From NCBI GenBank assembly GCA_964016885.1, contig OZ024747.1, forward strand, positions 51,584,001-51,648,000: 64,000 nt of DNA. Reading direction: 5' to 3'. A program made the position numbers and the translations under genes. Shown piece by piece: positions 14,746 through 28,394 of the stretch. Each line of letters starts with the position of its first letter. Position 1 is the stretch's first letter. A model generated the notes under the pieces. It saw nothing but the letters and a program-made list of their open reading frames with translations. It was not told the origin of the DNA and searched no databases. The stretch is from Eledone cirrhosa (taxonomy: Eukaryota).

Positions 14746-14796
14746 GATATATATAAATATATATATATAAATATATATAAATATATATATATAAAT

Positions 14797-14831
<35 letters not shown>

Positions 14832-14880
14832 AATATACATCTACATATATATAAATATATATATATAAATATACATCTAC

Positions 14881-14995
<115 letters not shown>

Positions 14996-15948
14996 TATAT
15001 ATATATATGTAGATAAATCTACCAAGAGTTTACGGTAGTGTCCAATCCGTATGAAGAACTCAATGTAATCCGGATATCATGGAAAGAAGAGATGCAATGA
15101 AAAATCACTTTCGGTGAAAGATAAACGGAATACAGAGTCAAGATAAAATATTAAAAAAATAATGAATAAAACAATGAAACAGTTCCTTATATTAAACAAA
15201 AAAAGTTCATTATTTAACGATCGTTTCTGGGATATATATGTGTTAGAATTGGCATGTATATTTAACAGATCTATGTACAAAATTATACAAAATTATACAA
15301 ACTATCAAAATTAAATATACATACCAACTCATATATATGCCGTCTTCAGAAATAATGAAATATATTTATTGATAATAACAACAATTCAAAATTACAGGTC
15401 TGTTTGGGAACAGAGTTCAAATTGACCAATGGAAACACAAAAAGTTTATACAGTTAGGTGTGTATATATGTAAGTAACTTCGTTCACAGATATGCATAAA
15501 AATATATGTTCACATGCATACGCATGCCGAAAAGATGTATGTAAATACAAAAATTCAGGGCTAATGTCTCTGTATGTTTATAATCTACAGATAAAATACA
15601 TATACGCATATAAACATATAAATATAAAAATAAATATATACACATTCATATACTCACACATATACATACATTCACAGACACACGCGCATATACGCATAAA
15701 CATACACACAACCACGAACATACATACACACACACACTCCCACACACATATATGTGCACATACTATTATCATAAGCATATGGACATTAATGCGCGCAGAT
15801 AAACACTGCCACACATATTTAGATCCAGATACAGAAAGTAGGTGGGGGGGGGAAGAGGTCAGTATTTACTGGTGTCAGCAAACTGCCTATTTATAAATGT
15901 ATCTATAAATTTAGAAATAAAAAGAAAAAGAAAAAAGAAAAATATTAA

Positions 15949-16006
<58 letters not shown>

Positions 16007-16032
16007 AAGTAAAATATAAAATATACATCGAT

Positions 16033-16079
<47 letters not shown>

Positions 16080-16239
16080 ATACAATAACAGAGATAGCTT
16101 ATAGCTAAACTCTGACTGGTAAACATTAGGTTATATGTTAGTATAAACCCAATTTATATATATATATATATATATTATAAATGGAATAGAATGAAACGAA
16201 ATTTCATTTCGCACTCTTAGTACGGCACTTACTTAAATG

Positions 16240-16555
16240 TAAGTATGTATGTATACGTACATACATATATGTATACAGACGTACAGTAGTATATATAGTA
16301 TATACATACATGCACACATATATATATATATATGTACGTATCGGTTTACCGAACATTTATTATAATGCACGGTAAACACTGTACGGCGTAATTCCGGCTG
16401 TTTGTTTGTTTACAAACGAACAAACCGACCATTATAATAAATGTTTGGTAAACCGATACGTGCATATATATATATGTGTGCATGTATGTATATATATATA
16501 CATACTACTGTACGTCTGTATACATATATGTATGTACGTATACTATACATACATA

Positions 16556-16558
<3 letters not shown>
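16240..16558. repeat. Inverted repeat with ~128-bp arms
   Basis: 16240-16367 is the reverse complement of 16430-16558; the arms include low-complexity flanks and cggtttaccgaacatttattataatg. Confidence 0.85.
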
Positions 16559-16596
<38 letters not shown>

Positions 16597-16659
16597 AAGT
16601 AATTAATTCAAACATTTAAAATTTGGCTTCGTTTATTAACAGATGTACTTCTATATATA

Positions 16660-17070
16660 TTTTGGTGACAGCCATCATTGGCTGTGACCTCTTCAGGCAG
16701 TCCGAATTGGTGTGGTAGAGACAGGTACACATGTTGTTAAACTGTTTTACTTCGTCAATACTCCGATATGTCCAGCTCCTGGTTGGGTTGTTATTTCTCT
16801 GAGGGACTGGAATCATATGATTCCTGGTTGAGGAAGACACTTTATTTCAGGCTTCTTCATCTCATTCGACTGTTGTTATGACGTCACAGGGACCAAGTTG
16901 TATCGGTAGTTGCCGTTCCTTTGAATATCATTGGTGAGGAGAGCCTGGTATGCATGGGCGACTGTAGGTCTTCCGCAAATAAACATGCCTGGACTTGTGT
17001 CTTGGCGGGGAACTTCTCTTTATGCCAATCCAATGGTCAATATCGTGGCCGAAGGAGGCTACATTCTTTT
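16660..17070 (+). mobile_element. Probable old interspersed retroposon fragment
   Basis: Higher-GC island whose 3' end (cctggacttgtgtc...gggaactt...caatccaatggtca...ccgaagg) resembles a cephalopod repeat tail from memory. Single copy in this window. Confidence 0.3.
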
Positions 17071-17845
17071 ACTTAACTAGTACTCGACTCTGGAAAGATG
17101 AAAGACAAATTTGACCTCGGTGGAATTTAAAATCAGTATTTTCAAAGTCGTAACAAAACGTGGTAACACAATTTGACTGATGCTCTGAAAATTCTGTTCC
17201 CTCCCCAACTCTAATAATAATGGTGTTGGTGATGGTGATGGTTATGATGATGATGATGGTAATGTTAATAATAATAATAATATCCTTAAAAAATTGAAAC
17301 AGTTTGTTGTAATATTAAACAAACATATCGAATATAAATACTAAAAAGAAAATGAAAATAAAAAAAATATGTTTTCATGGTGAAACAATGAGAGAAAGAA
17401 AAAAAAATGGCGACCGATGGAAAACGTTGGATTAGAAGAATGGAAATATATATAAATAAAAAAAAATAACAGTTGATAGGTTGTGATGGAATATTTGGCA
17501 ATGGAAGCCTGGCAAACCTAACAAGAAGGCGAATCCATCGGCGACAGAAACTAAATGGAACAATAACAGACGAGCGGTTAACAATCAATCAACGAAGATT
17601 GAAAAAAATATTTTCAACAACACTTTCCTCCCCCGGACGCCATTTTCTTTTACATAACAATACCTAAAATACCTACAGTACCTCTACCCTCTACTCACTG
17701 CCCCCAATCTTTCTCTTTTATAAAACACCACACAATGCACCTTCTTCATGTTTCTCATACGCGAGAAATACTTGTAAAAACATTTTATAATTAGTTTTAC
17801 TTTCTTGTTTATATATATATATAGACGTATAAACGCATCTATGTA

Positions 17846-17940
<95 letters not shown>

Positions 17941-18334
17941 CTATAATATATATATATATATACTATATATATATATATATAGAGAGAGAGAGACGAGAGA
18001 GAGAGAGAGAGAGAGATAAATAGATAGATACATAGATACATAGATACGTTTATGTATTCATATATATATTGTATACTGATAGGTATACATACATATATAT
18101 ATGTACATGTATATATATAAATTCATACATACGTGCGTATGTATGTCTATGTGTACGTGTTCTGTTTATAAATTCATTTTTCTCATCATAATTATTTATG
18201 TATGTATTGGTTGGTACATGGGTAATTGTATCCCAGTATGCGATTTGAAAAAATGCCATAGTGCGTTGCAGTTTTTAGTACCGTTCATCTAGTGGGTTAT
18301 TTCAAATCGTGCCATAGACATCACTGCTTGTCTC

Positions 18335-18845
18335 ACATTTCTCATCATTTCACAACACAGGAACTTCATGAGATCTTCCTCAACATCTCAAAAGATTGGA
18401 CAATAAATAGATGTTCTTTAACACAACATTTGACTTCACTCTATATTCCTTAGAAGTTCACAGTACAGAGACATTACTAAATCTTACATATCTTCCTTAC
18501 ATACCTTTACAGCATCTTCCTCAAAACCTCACAACACACATATTTATTATATCTTCCTTAAAAGCTCACAACACAGACATATATTATATCTCCCTTAGAA
18601 CCTCACAACACAAGGCATTTATTACATCTTCATGAAACCCCACAACACTGGTAATTTACAGTATGTTTCTTGACACATCACATTTGATATTTATTAAATC
18701 CCATACAACATTGGGCATTTCTTTTCTACATCACACAACACTGGGCCTTAAACCTAATAGCTCATTAGACTGCCCATATAATTCCTTAAGACCACATAAC
18801 ACGGTCTTCACTAAAACATCTTACACAACTCACATCACTAGACAA
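18335..18845. repeat. Degenerate ~37-bp tandem repeat
   Basis: Recurring ctcacaacac...atttatta.atcttcctta.aa. Confidence 0.75.
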
Positions 18846-19424
18846 TCATATTATTTTCTAGTTATAAAGTCCGGTGACGTGAGACTTGGAGTAAGATTTT
18901 GCATTCTACTTGTTTTATTAGAATGGATTGTTCTTGCCGAAAAAACCATAAACTCCAACAGAGGCTCTGTCTTTAAAACGTTATACATTTTAAATAAAAG
19001 TAAATGTTGTATGGGATTCAATCTCTTAGAAAATAGTGAGATAGAACAATGATAAATAAAATATTACTCAAAATTAGTGTAAAGCTAATTAGTGCAAATC
19101 TGACTGGTCAGCCAGTCTGCTAATATGCAATGCAGGCCGATTAGTCACTGTATGTTTTAGAAAATATCATATATTTTCACTAGGTCTGACAGTTGGCACG
19201 TGAACAGTAAACTGTACTGATGAGGGGGTAATCACCGAGAAACATTAGTGTCAGCAGTTCTGTTTAGATGCCAACACAAGAGCAAGAATAAGGGGTTCAA
19301 TCTAATGACATGGTTTAAAAGACGCTTGTTTGCATAATTGCAAACGAATCGAATATTATTATTAATAATCGAAAAACTCAGATTACATTTATTGTATTCA
19401 GCCATGTAGAGTGATAACATTTGT

Positions 19425-19455
<31 letters not shown>

Positions 19456-19602
19456 CTATATATATATATATATATATATATAGTATATATATATATAATA
19501 TATATTTATATATTTATACATAAATATATAAATATATATATATATATATAAATATATAAATATATAATATATATATAAATATACTATAGATTTTATATAT
19601 AA

Positions 19603-19633
<31 letters not shown>

Positions 19634-19914
19634 AATATATATATAATAAATTATATAGTACATATATAATATATATATAAGAATATATATAGATTTATAT
19701 ATAAATATATATATATATGCATATATATAAATATATATATATAAATATATATATACATATATATATATATATATTTATATATAAATCTATGTATATTTAT
19801 ATATATATATATATATATTTAATACATATATATACATATATATATATATATTTATATATAAATCTATGTATATTTATATATATATATATATATATTTATA
19901 CATATATATATATA

Positions 19915-19964
<50 letters not shown>

Positions 19965-20007
19965 CAGATAGATATATATATATAAGATATAATATATATA
20001 TAAATAT

Positions 20008-20041
<34 letters not shown>

Positions 20042-20062
20042 GATATACTATATATAATATAT

Positions 20063-20104
<42 letters not shown>

Positions 20105-20114
20105 TATATATATA

Positions 20115-20158
<44 letters not shown>

Positions 20159-20171
20159 TATATATATAGAT

Positions 20172-20228
<57 letters not shown>

Positions 20229-20256
20229 GTATATATATATATATATATTATATATA

Positions 20257-20350
<94 letters not shown>

Positions 20351-20469
20351 ATATATAATAATATATATATATATATATACATGTAAAGTTATATTTAAAA
20401 TTGTTGGGTTACAACTAGTAAATATTTATAACTGATATAAAAGCACTCGACAAATATTTGGAGTATATT

Positions 20470-20844
20470 TACAATATTAAATAAATGGAAAAACTATATT
20501 TATAAAACCCATATTTATTTCATTATATATATTTCGGGGATATCATATTAACAATATGCTATGCCTTCATCAGACAAAATACAATATAAACAGTTTTATA
20601 GATAAATATATTCGACATACCGTAATAAACATCAACTTCATTTGAAGAGTGACTGCTAGAGTGAACCTCTTCAAATGAAGTTGATGTTTATTACGGTATG
20701 TCGAATATATTTATCTATAAAACTGTTTATATTGTATTTTGTCTGATGAAGGCATAGCATATTGTTAATATGATATCCCCGAAATATATATAATGAAATA
20801 AATATGGTTTTATATATATAGTTTTCCATTTATTTAATATTGTA
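20470..20844. mobile_element. Head-to-head palindrome with one hammerhead motif per arm, embedded in a long TA-rich tract
   Basis: Arms ~180 bp, spacer ~20650-20667. Plus HHR at 20737-20798: ttttgt-CTGATGA-stem II-GAAA-TATATA-TA-atgaaa. Mirror copy at 20518-20579. Confidence 0.85.
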
Positions 20845-20863
20845 TATATAATATATATATATT

Positions 20864-20913
<50 letters not shown>

Positions 20914-20939
20914 AAATATATATATAGTATATATATATT

Positions 20940-20990
<51 letters not shown>

Positions 20991-21144
20991 ATATATATAT
21001 TATTATATATATATATATATACTATATACTATATCTATATTATATATATATATACTATATATATATATATAATATATATATATATATAATATATATAATA
21101 TATATATATAGAGTATATATATATATATATATATATACTATATA

Positions 21145-21180
<36 letters not shown>

Positions 21181-21458
21181 GTATATATATAATATATATA
21201 TAATATATATATATAATATATATATATAATATATATATTATATATATATATATATACTATATATATACTATATATATATATATAGTATACTATATATATA
21301 TATATATATTATATATATATATATAAATATTATATATATAATAATATATATATATATAACTTGGTGTCCTTGAAATATGTATAATGAAATAAATATGGTT
21401 TTACAAATATAGTTTCCATTTGTTAATATCGTATATATATATATATAAATACAAATAT

Positions 21459-21494
<36 letters not shown>

Positions 21495-21638
21495 GTAAAT
21501 ATATATATATATATAATATGAATATATATATATATATATATGAATATATATATATATATATATATATGAATATATATATAGTATATATATATATAGATAT
21601 ATAGTATATATATATATATATATATATAGTATATATAT

Positions 21639-21669
<31 letters not shown>

Positions 21670-21676
21670 ACTATAG

Positions 21677-21710
<34 letters not shown>

Positions 21711-21973
21711 AATATATATAATATATAATATATATATATATATATCAAATCATATATATATATGTAAATATATATATAGTATATATATGAATATATATAT
21801 ATTATATATATATATATATATATAATATTATATATATTTTATATAAATATAATATATATATATATTTTATATTTATATATATAAAATATATAAATATACT
21901 ATATATATATTTATATATATATATTATATAAAAATTAACAAAGAAGCCTTTAATACATCAAAAGTCTTTATTA

Positions 21974-22014
21974 GCTGACAATGTTTCGTCCCATTAATTA
22001 GGACTCATCAGAGC
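21974..22014 (-). ncRNA. Minimal type I hammerhead ribozyme with an intact core
   Basis: Minus strand: GCT-CTGATGA-GTCC-taattaatg-GGAC-GAAAC-att-GTC-AGC. Stem I GCT/AGC, stem II GTCC/GGAC, stem III AC/GT, GUC cleavage triplet. Confidence 0.85.
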
Positions 22015-22968
22015 AAGGAAAAAGATAAGAAATATCAACGGCCAGAACAAGCCAAAACTCCGAAGAACAGAGCGAATGGGATATTTATGAAAATTTAGGA
22101 AAATTATCATGGAAAGACATGTTAAACCTAATAGGGTGCATTTGTAAATAAAGACTATAGGGCAAGATAGCAAGCCAGACATAAAACAAACCCACGTTAA
22201 AAGTACAATATAAGTCTAATACTTGAAATACAACATAGTAATACAATGCGGGAAATAATAATATAATATACAATACAACACAGTACATAATACAGAAATA
22301 AAACTTAATATATATATATATATAATATATATATATATATTATATATATATACACTCACTCCGACACATATATATATAACACATTTACACATACACAAAA
22401 TAACACAAATATAAATATAAGCATTATAATATAATAATCACCCTGACGGTGTGATTAAACAATACCAAAATCAATGAAGAATAATATATTGAAAATAATA
22501 TATTGACATTAAAAAATATATAAATTCATGTTACGTAGCATATAAAGTCAACAAATTATGTATAAAAACATAATGTATTTCACAGGGTAAAAAATAATAA
22601 TAATACCATATAATAATATAAAGTATGGTGAAAAAGAATATATGTATACTATATATAATAGGTGATTAGACAATAAATATGACGGAGATATAAGCAGTTC
22701 AAATCCATATAATATTACATATTAATATTTCAATACCAGACACACAATAACATGGGAGAAAGTTTAAAGCATATTTACACGATAAAATCATGGACACAAG
22801 TGATTAATTTTATATAATTTTTCGGCTCTGTTGGATAAAATTGAGCTATATCTTATACTGTCATTTCTCTTATACGACGAGTGTGTTTAACTCTAATGCA
22901 CTCAAGTATTTTTATCTTATATATATATATAGTATATAGTATATATATATATATATATATTTACATAC

Positions 22969-23335
22969 CCGATTGCCCTTTAAAGCGTAACTTTCCGTAT
23001 TTACTACGGTTATGAAATGCGGTTTGTTATTCGTGTACGACTTCTGTTTTTAGACTAAGAAAATATCTATATGCGTGTGGAATTAATACACGCATGCATT
23101 TATTTTTCTTAATTTCAATTGAGTTCTTAACACGTTGGAATTGATAATGTTTCTTGGAAAAAAACTAATTAACCCGCGTGAATATTATTTTTTTTCTTTT
23201 CTCGTGTATTGGTTGTCTCCCCTTCCCGCTTCGTGACGCTATAATACTTCCTCAGTCAAAAACTGCTGGAATTTCAAATTTGGCGGTCATTCGATGCGTG
23301 ATGGAGCAGCTTAGCAGACACGATTTTTAACTGCG
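22969..23335. promoter_or_regulatory. Candidate bidirectional promoter with divergent non-coding first exons
   Basis: CpG-enriched unique island with ATTGGTT (CCAAT reverse), TTCCCGC and TTTGGCGG (E2F-like), CGTGACGC (CRE-like) and TATAAT. Plus donor CG|GTAAGA at 23335/6; minus donor GG|GTATGT at 22969/8. Confidence 0.4.
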
Positions 23336-23680
23336 GTAAGAATTTTTTCTTATATCAAAGTTTAATGGGCTTCCACTGATGATTTATAAACGCCCACCTA
23401 AATATATTCTTAAATGAATATATGTTAGGCTTCTACATAAACTGGAAGCATTCTCCTAATTTGTAGAAAACTTATAATTAATGAAACAATTGTTTGGAAA
23501 GAGAGATATATTTTAACTTTAATTATATCTCATAAAATAATACAACTGGCTTTCCACATAATACATATAGTTAGCACCCCGAACACTTAAATTGGGTTTA
23601 TACTAACATATAACCTAATGTTTGTTGAGTGAGATGGTTGCCAGTCAGAGTTTAGCTTTAAGCTATCTCTGTTATTGTAT

Positions 23681-23880
23681 NNNNNNNNNNNNNNNNNNNN
23701 NNNNNNNNNNNNNNNNNNNNNNNNNNNNNNNNNNNNNNNNNNNNNNNNNNNNNNNNNNNNNNNNNNNNNNNNNNNNNNNNNNNNNNNNNNNNNNNNNNNN
23801 NNNNNNNNNNNNNNNNNNNNNNNNNNNNNNNNNNNNNNNNNNNNNNNNNNNNNNNNNNNNNNNNNNNNNNNNNNNNNNNN
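23681..23880. other. Assembly gap (200 N)
   Basis: Run of n. Confidence 1.
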
Positions 23881-24062
23881 TTCTGAAGTAAATGTAAGGT
23901 GGCAGAAGGAGATGAGCAACGGTAGAAGGAATTAGAGAGAGTGTGTCAGAGAAACATGAGGAAATGACAAAGGAAACTCTCTAGAAAAAAAAAAGAATAC
24001 AAAGAAATATGGGAGTGATTACATAATGTATGTCAAGGCAGTAGCATTGACGATATTATACA

Positions 24063-24119
<57 letters not shown>

Positions 24120-24145
24120 CTGTATAATATCGTATATATACTTAC

Positions 24146-24195
<50 letters not shown>

Positions 24196-24779
24196 TTTGT
24201 ACATATATATAATGTATATATACACATATATTCAAAAGGTATTTATCCCTCCTCCCTCTCTCTCTGTCTATATATATATATATATACTGTATATATATAA
24301 TTATTTACTGTTAGGTGATGCAGTTTTTTGTGGAGTTTTTTTGTCTTGTTTTCTCGCGGGGTTTTGTTTTGCTTTGTTCCAATTCTACAAAATGTGTGTT
24401 GATTAGGACAAAAGCACGAAGTATAACATTCTCAAAAGACTCGGTTTATTTAGAGGAGTGGAATAAAAGAATAAATCCACTTGTGATGGTAACCAGTCAA
24501 TGATTATTTCGTTGTGACGTATTCATCAGTAATTCTTTACTTTCTACCTCCTTATTTTCTAACTCGCTTCTTTCCATTTTTCTGTCTTATCTCTCCTTAC
24601 TAGAATATTCTTTACTAGTAACTATACTAACTTCCACATACACATCCTAAAACTAAAAAGCCTTGCAAAGGACACAAATAAATTGCTACGGCCGTCGCTA
24701 GTTGGGCCTCCCAATTAAATCAGGCCCTGGCGCATATTAACCACCTTAAACGCACGGATAAAGGTACACTCTAAAAGTT

Positions 24780-25105
24780 GTGTGTATGTGTGTGGTGTAC
24801 CTTCATCAATTTCGTAGATTAGTTTTCCAATTGTTAGAACATCAGAACGGCCTACATGTGAAATTAGTGTGCAAGTGAATAATCATTCCACGTAGAGGAG
24901 CATCTTAACGTAGTTCCCAAACATTTTTCAGTACGACAAATTTTGTGACATGGTTGACGATTTGAATTAGAGGCTCGATTCATCTTTGCCAGTTGTGTGG
25001 ACTGGGGAAACACAAATTAAAGTACTTTATTCAAGAACAACATACAATTGAATCGAAGTGAGAGCGTAAGGCCCAATACTCTTCCACTAAACCACATACT
25101 TTCAT
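24780..25105 (-). mobile_element. Old tRNA-derived CORE-type SINE, family 2
   Basis: Degenerate match to 38897-39024: aattaaagtactttattcaagaaca...gaatcgaa...ccactaaaccacatacttt. Confidence 0.55.
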
Positions 25106-25425
25106 ACACTTGCATTCACAGCCACACATGCATAGAAAACTGAGCTCAAGGGAATAATTACGAAGGCAAAAATATTATGTATAAATGATGTTTATAAAAA
25201 ATATTGAAAATAAATTATAATTTTTCTCTTTGTTGACGAAATGAAAATATAACCTAGCGGTAATGCGGAACGATCTCAAGGAAAGGGGGGTGTCATTTTA
25301 AGAAACTACGAATTAATTTTTATAGAATATTTAATCTTTGTTAGATGGCATTAAATCTGTTACCATCTATGTGAAATGTTTATTCTTTTATCTATGTTTG
25401 TATACATATATGTATACAAACATAT

Positions 25426-25785
25426 GTAACGGCGATAAATTTGTTTTGCAAGGTTTTGATATGAAAAAATCGTGTGTTGAAACAAATATTGTTATATTTG
25501 TGGAGGGGTCAATATTGCCAGAAATATATAATAAAATACACTCAGCAATACAATGAGAGGAGACATAATAGTATGACTGATATGTCACAGGTGTGTGACG
25601 AAAGAACTCTCAGAGATTATATATATATTTTTTCAACTTTGATCAATCAATGATAAACATTGATTGCCAGCTAAATTAACTATAAGGATATAAAATATAA
25701 TGAAGCGAAAACGAACCAAAACAAAACAGTGAGTGTGTATTATCATATATTTCTGGGAATATATGATCCTCCCCAAATATAATAT
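25426..25785 (+). mobile_element. Penelope terminal-repeat copy with a degenerate hammerhead, preceded by an inverted copy of its own tail
   Basis: tga-CTGATA-t-GTCACA-ggtg-TGTGAC-GAAAG-aa-CTC-tca at 25574-25612. 25490-25545 mirrors 25729-25782. Homologous to 14325-14467, 41505-41765, 41882-42030 and 43762-43973. Confidence 0.8.
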
Positions 25786-25797
25786 ATATATATGTAT

Positions 25798-25879
<82 letters not shown>

Positions 25880-26070
25880 CTGACATCAAGCCTTTCAAGT
25901 GTAGACACCCTTGGCAGGCTTGTTGAACCCAAACCGAAATCAATTGGCGTCGTGCCCGGGTTTATACCTTTCAATACACCCACATTGCATCATCATTTTC
26001 CTATGCATTGAGTACTCCCAAAATTTGCACTGTACTCCCAAATTAGCACTGTAAACTCTTTCTCTAACTT

Positions 26071-26105
<35 letters not shown>

Positions 26106-26339
26106 AGATGTTTGTGAGTGTTTCAGTCTATTCATATATGTTTGTGCTAGTTTTACATGGAAATAGGAAAATCATTAAGTATTTATATAAATTTGTATGA
26201 CAAATCAACATTAAGTCAACATAATATTTTAGTAATGACTAATATATAAATATATAATGAATATAATAATATATATTGAATTTGAATAAATTAGATGAGC
26301 CACGTACTAGAGTAGGTTGATATTTTATATACTAAAATT

Positions 26340-26456
26340 AATTGTTTCTACTTTTGGCACAAGGCCAATAATAACCCAGTGTATTACTGGTACTTTATTT
26401 TATCGACCCCGTAAGGATGAAAGGCAAAGTTAACCTCGGCGGGATTTGAACTCAGA
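26340..26456 (-). mobile_element. SINE family 1, 5'-truncated
   Basis: Reverse complement of the family 1 3' half. Confidence 0.8.
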
Positions 26457-26544
26457 CCATACTAAAATTAATAATCTCAGATAGTATCGCAAACTCTCTC
26501 TCTCTCTATCTATCTATCGATTTATCTACCTATCTATCTATCCA

Positions 26545-26872
26545 TGAAAGATGGGTGAAAGTGGCGAGAATGGCCCGTGTGAATGGGCCTTCACTCTACA
26601 TCAGACTATAGGTGAGGAAGATGAAAGACCAAGGGAGCACCTCTTCTCTGTGCTCCTGAGGAGAAGGGTTGCACACTTTTTTCGGGGGTGTGTGCGACCC
26701 CCCAAGGCGCCTCCTCTCTATTGAGGACTTTGTTATAAATTTTATTTTTTGTTATATTTTATTTTATTTTTATATATTGTTATTGCCTCCTCCTTATTGA
26801 GGACGCCTTTTTGTGTAAACTCCCCCCTTTGTACTTGTCCCACTTTTGATGCCCTGGTCGGCAAATAAAGAA
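26545..26872 (+). mobile_element. 5'-truncated L1/Tx1-type LINE 3' end
   Basis: High similarity to 10275-10580. Confidence 0.8.
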
Positions 26873-26912
26873 ACATATCTATCTATCTATCTCTTTCACT
26901 TTCACTCCCTCC

Positions 26913-26966
<54 letters not shown>

Positions 26967-27431
26967 CTATCTATATCTATATATATATTTGTCACCCTTT
27001 CTCACACTCTCACACACCCTCTCACTCACTCCCTGTCTCACTCTCTCTCACACACACTCTCTCTCTCTCTCTTATTTTATTCTTTTCTTAAAAGTACTCC
27101 CTCAACCTTGAGCCCTCTCGGTACATAGTCTTACCACTCATCCTCTTCACCTATGACCATTATACCCCCTCATCCCCCTACTCCACTCCGACCCACTAAC
27201 CACCCTAAACCTATCCACACTACTTCTTTCTCCAGATACACTTACCATTGTCTCATCCCTCCAATTTCACCATCAGCTCAGCTTACAAGTGTGGTAAATT
27301 CGACCAAAGCACTACGAAGACCAGTGACATATTTTTTTATACACCATGCAAATATTACTACACCCTGGAAAAGGGTTACTGAACGCACAAGCCGAAACCG
27401 CTTGATGCCGCGGTCGAGATTTTACCCCCAC

Positions 27432-27464
<33 letters not shown>

Positions 27465-27636
27465 ATATATATATATATCGTTGCTTAAACCCTTTTGTTG
27501 TTACTCTAGCGTCCCCCTTTATTTACGTGTCCCAACGACTTTTTTTAGCCGTTGTTCGCACCAACCTGAGGCATATGGCCCTTAAAGCGATGAAATGCCG
27601 AGGACGGTTGGAGGGTCACTGATGAAGGACTCACTT

Positions 27637-27683
<47 letters not shown>

Positions 27684-27686
<3 letters not shown>

Positions 27687-27877
27687 CGAAGGAAATGTGG
27701 TAAGGAACCAGGTGGACCATAACGCACCAAAGTACTCAATACTTGGGGTAGTAGAGTGGGTAATAGGAACCAGTAAGACCCCGACGGCTGAGCTCAAGCC
27801 GTTTCGACGGCTAATTCTGTCCAGAATTAGCCGTCGAAACGGCTTGAGCTCAGCCGTCGGGGTCTTACTGGTTCCTA
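27684..27877. mobile_element. Asymmetric palindromic element in (TA)n, mirrored at a hammerhead stem II (family P, copy 1)
   Basis: gaccccgacggctgagctcaagccgtttcgacggctaattctg | cagaattagccgtcgaaacggcttgagctcagccgtcggggtc. Long arm left, short arm right. Confidence 0.9.
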
Positions 27878-28014
27878 TATATATATATATATATATATGA
27901 CTATTACTATTAACATATAACTCTGCACCCTTCTTTCCTTTTTCGTTGGTATCCGAATGATGCTGGTTTAATTAAACCATTGAGTGACAAAACGATCGGA
28001 TTACGTTTCAATAT

Positions 28015-28275
28015 ATTGGCAATAACGGTAGAGTGTCGGACGCCATGCTTTGCAGCACAGAGTTACGCTCCTTTACGGTCTGAGTTTAAATCACACCGAG
28101 GTTAACATTGTCTTTCATCCTTACGCGGTCGATAAAATAAAGTACCAGTAATGCACTGGGATAATTGCTGGCCTTGTGCCAAAATTAGAAACAATTATTA
28201 TTATTATTAAAATAAAGTACCAGTAATGCAATAGGGTAATTGCTAGCCGTGTGCCAAAAGTAGAAACAATTATTA
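28015..28275 (+). mobile_element. SINE family 1 with a tandemly duplicated 3' end
   Basis: Family 1 body; taaaataaagtaccagtaatgca...agaaacaattatt occurs twice. Confidence 0.85.
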
Positions 28276-28394
28276 TATATATACACACACACATATATAT
28301 ATATATATTATATATATATATATATCCGTATGTAGCTGACAGAAAAGAGTAGTCAGTAATGAAGTAGAGTTTTAATATTTATTTTATTAAGTCT

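Noticed and set aside
19420-21930. Irregular TA tract as an encoded pattern
   Set aside because: The interruptions look like slippage or low-quality consensus; no reproducible unit.
23587-23935. ORFs spanning the N run
   Set aside because: Artefacts of the assembly gap.
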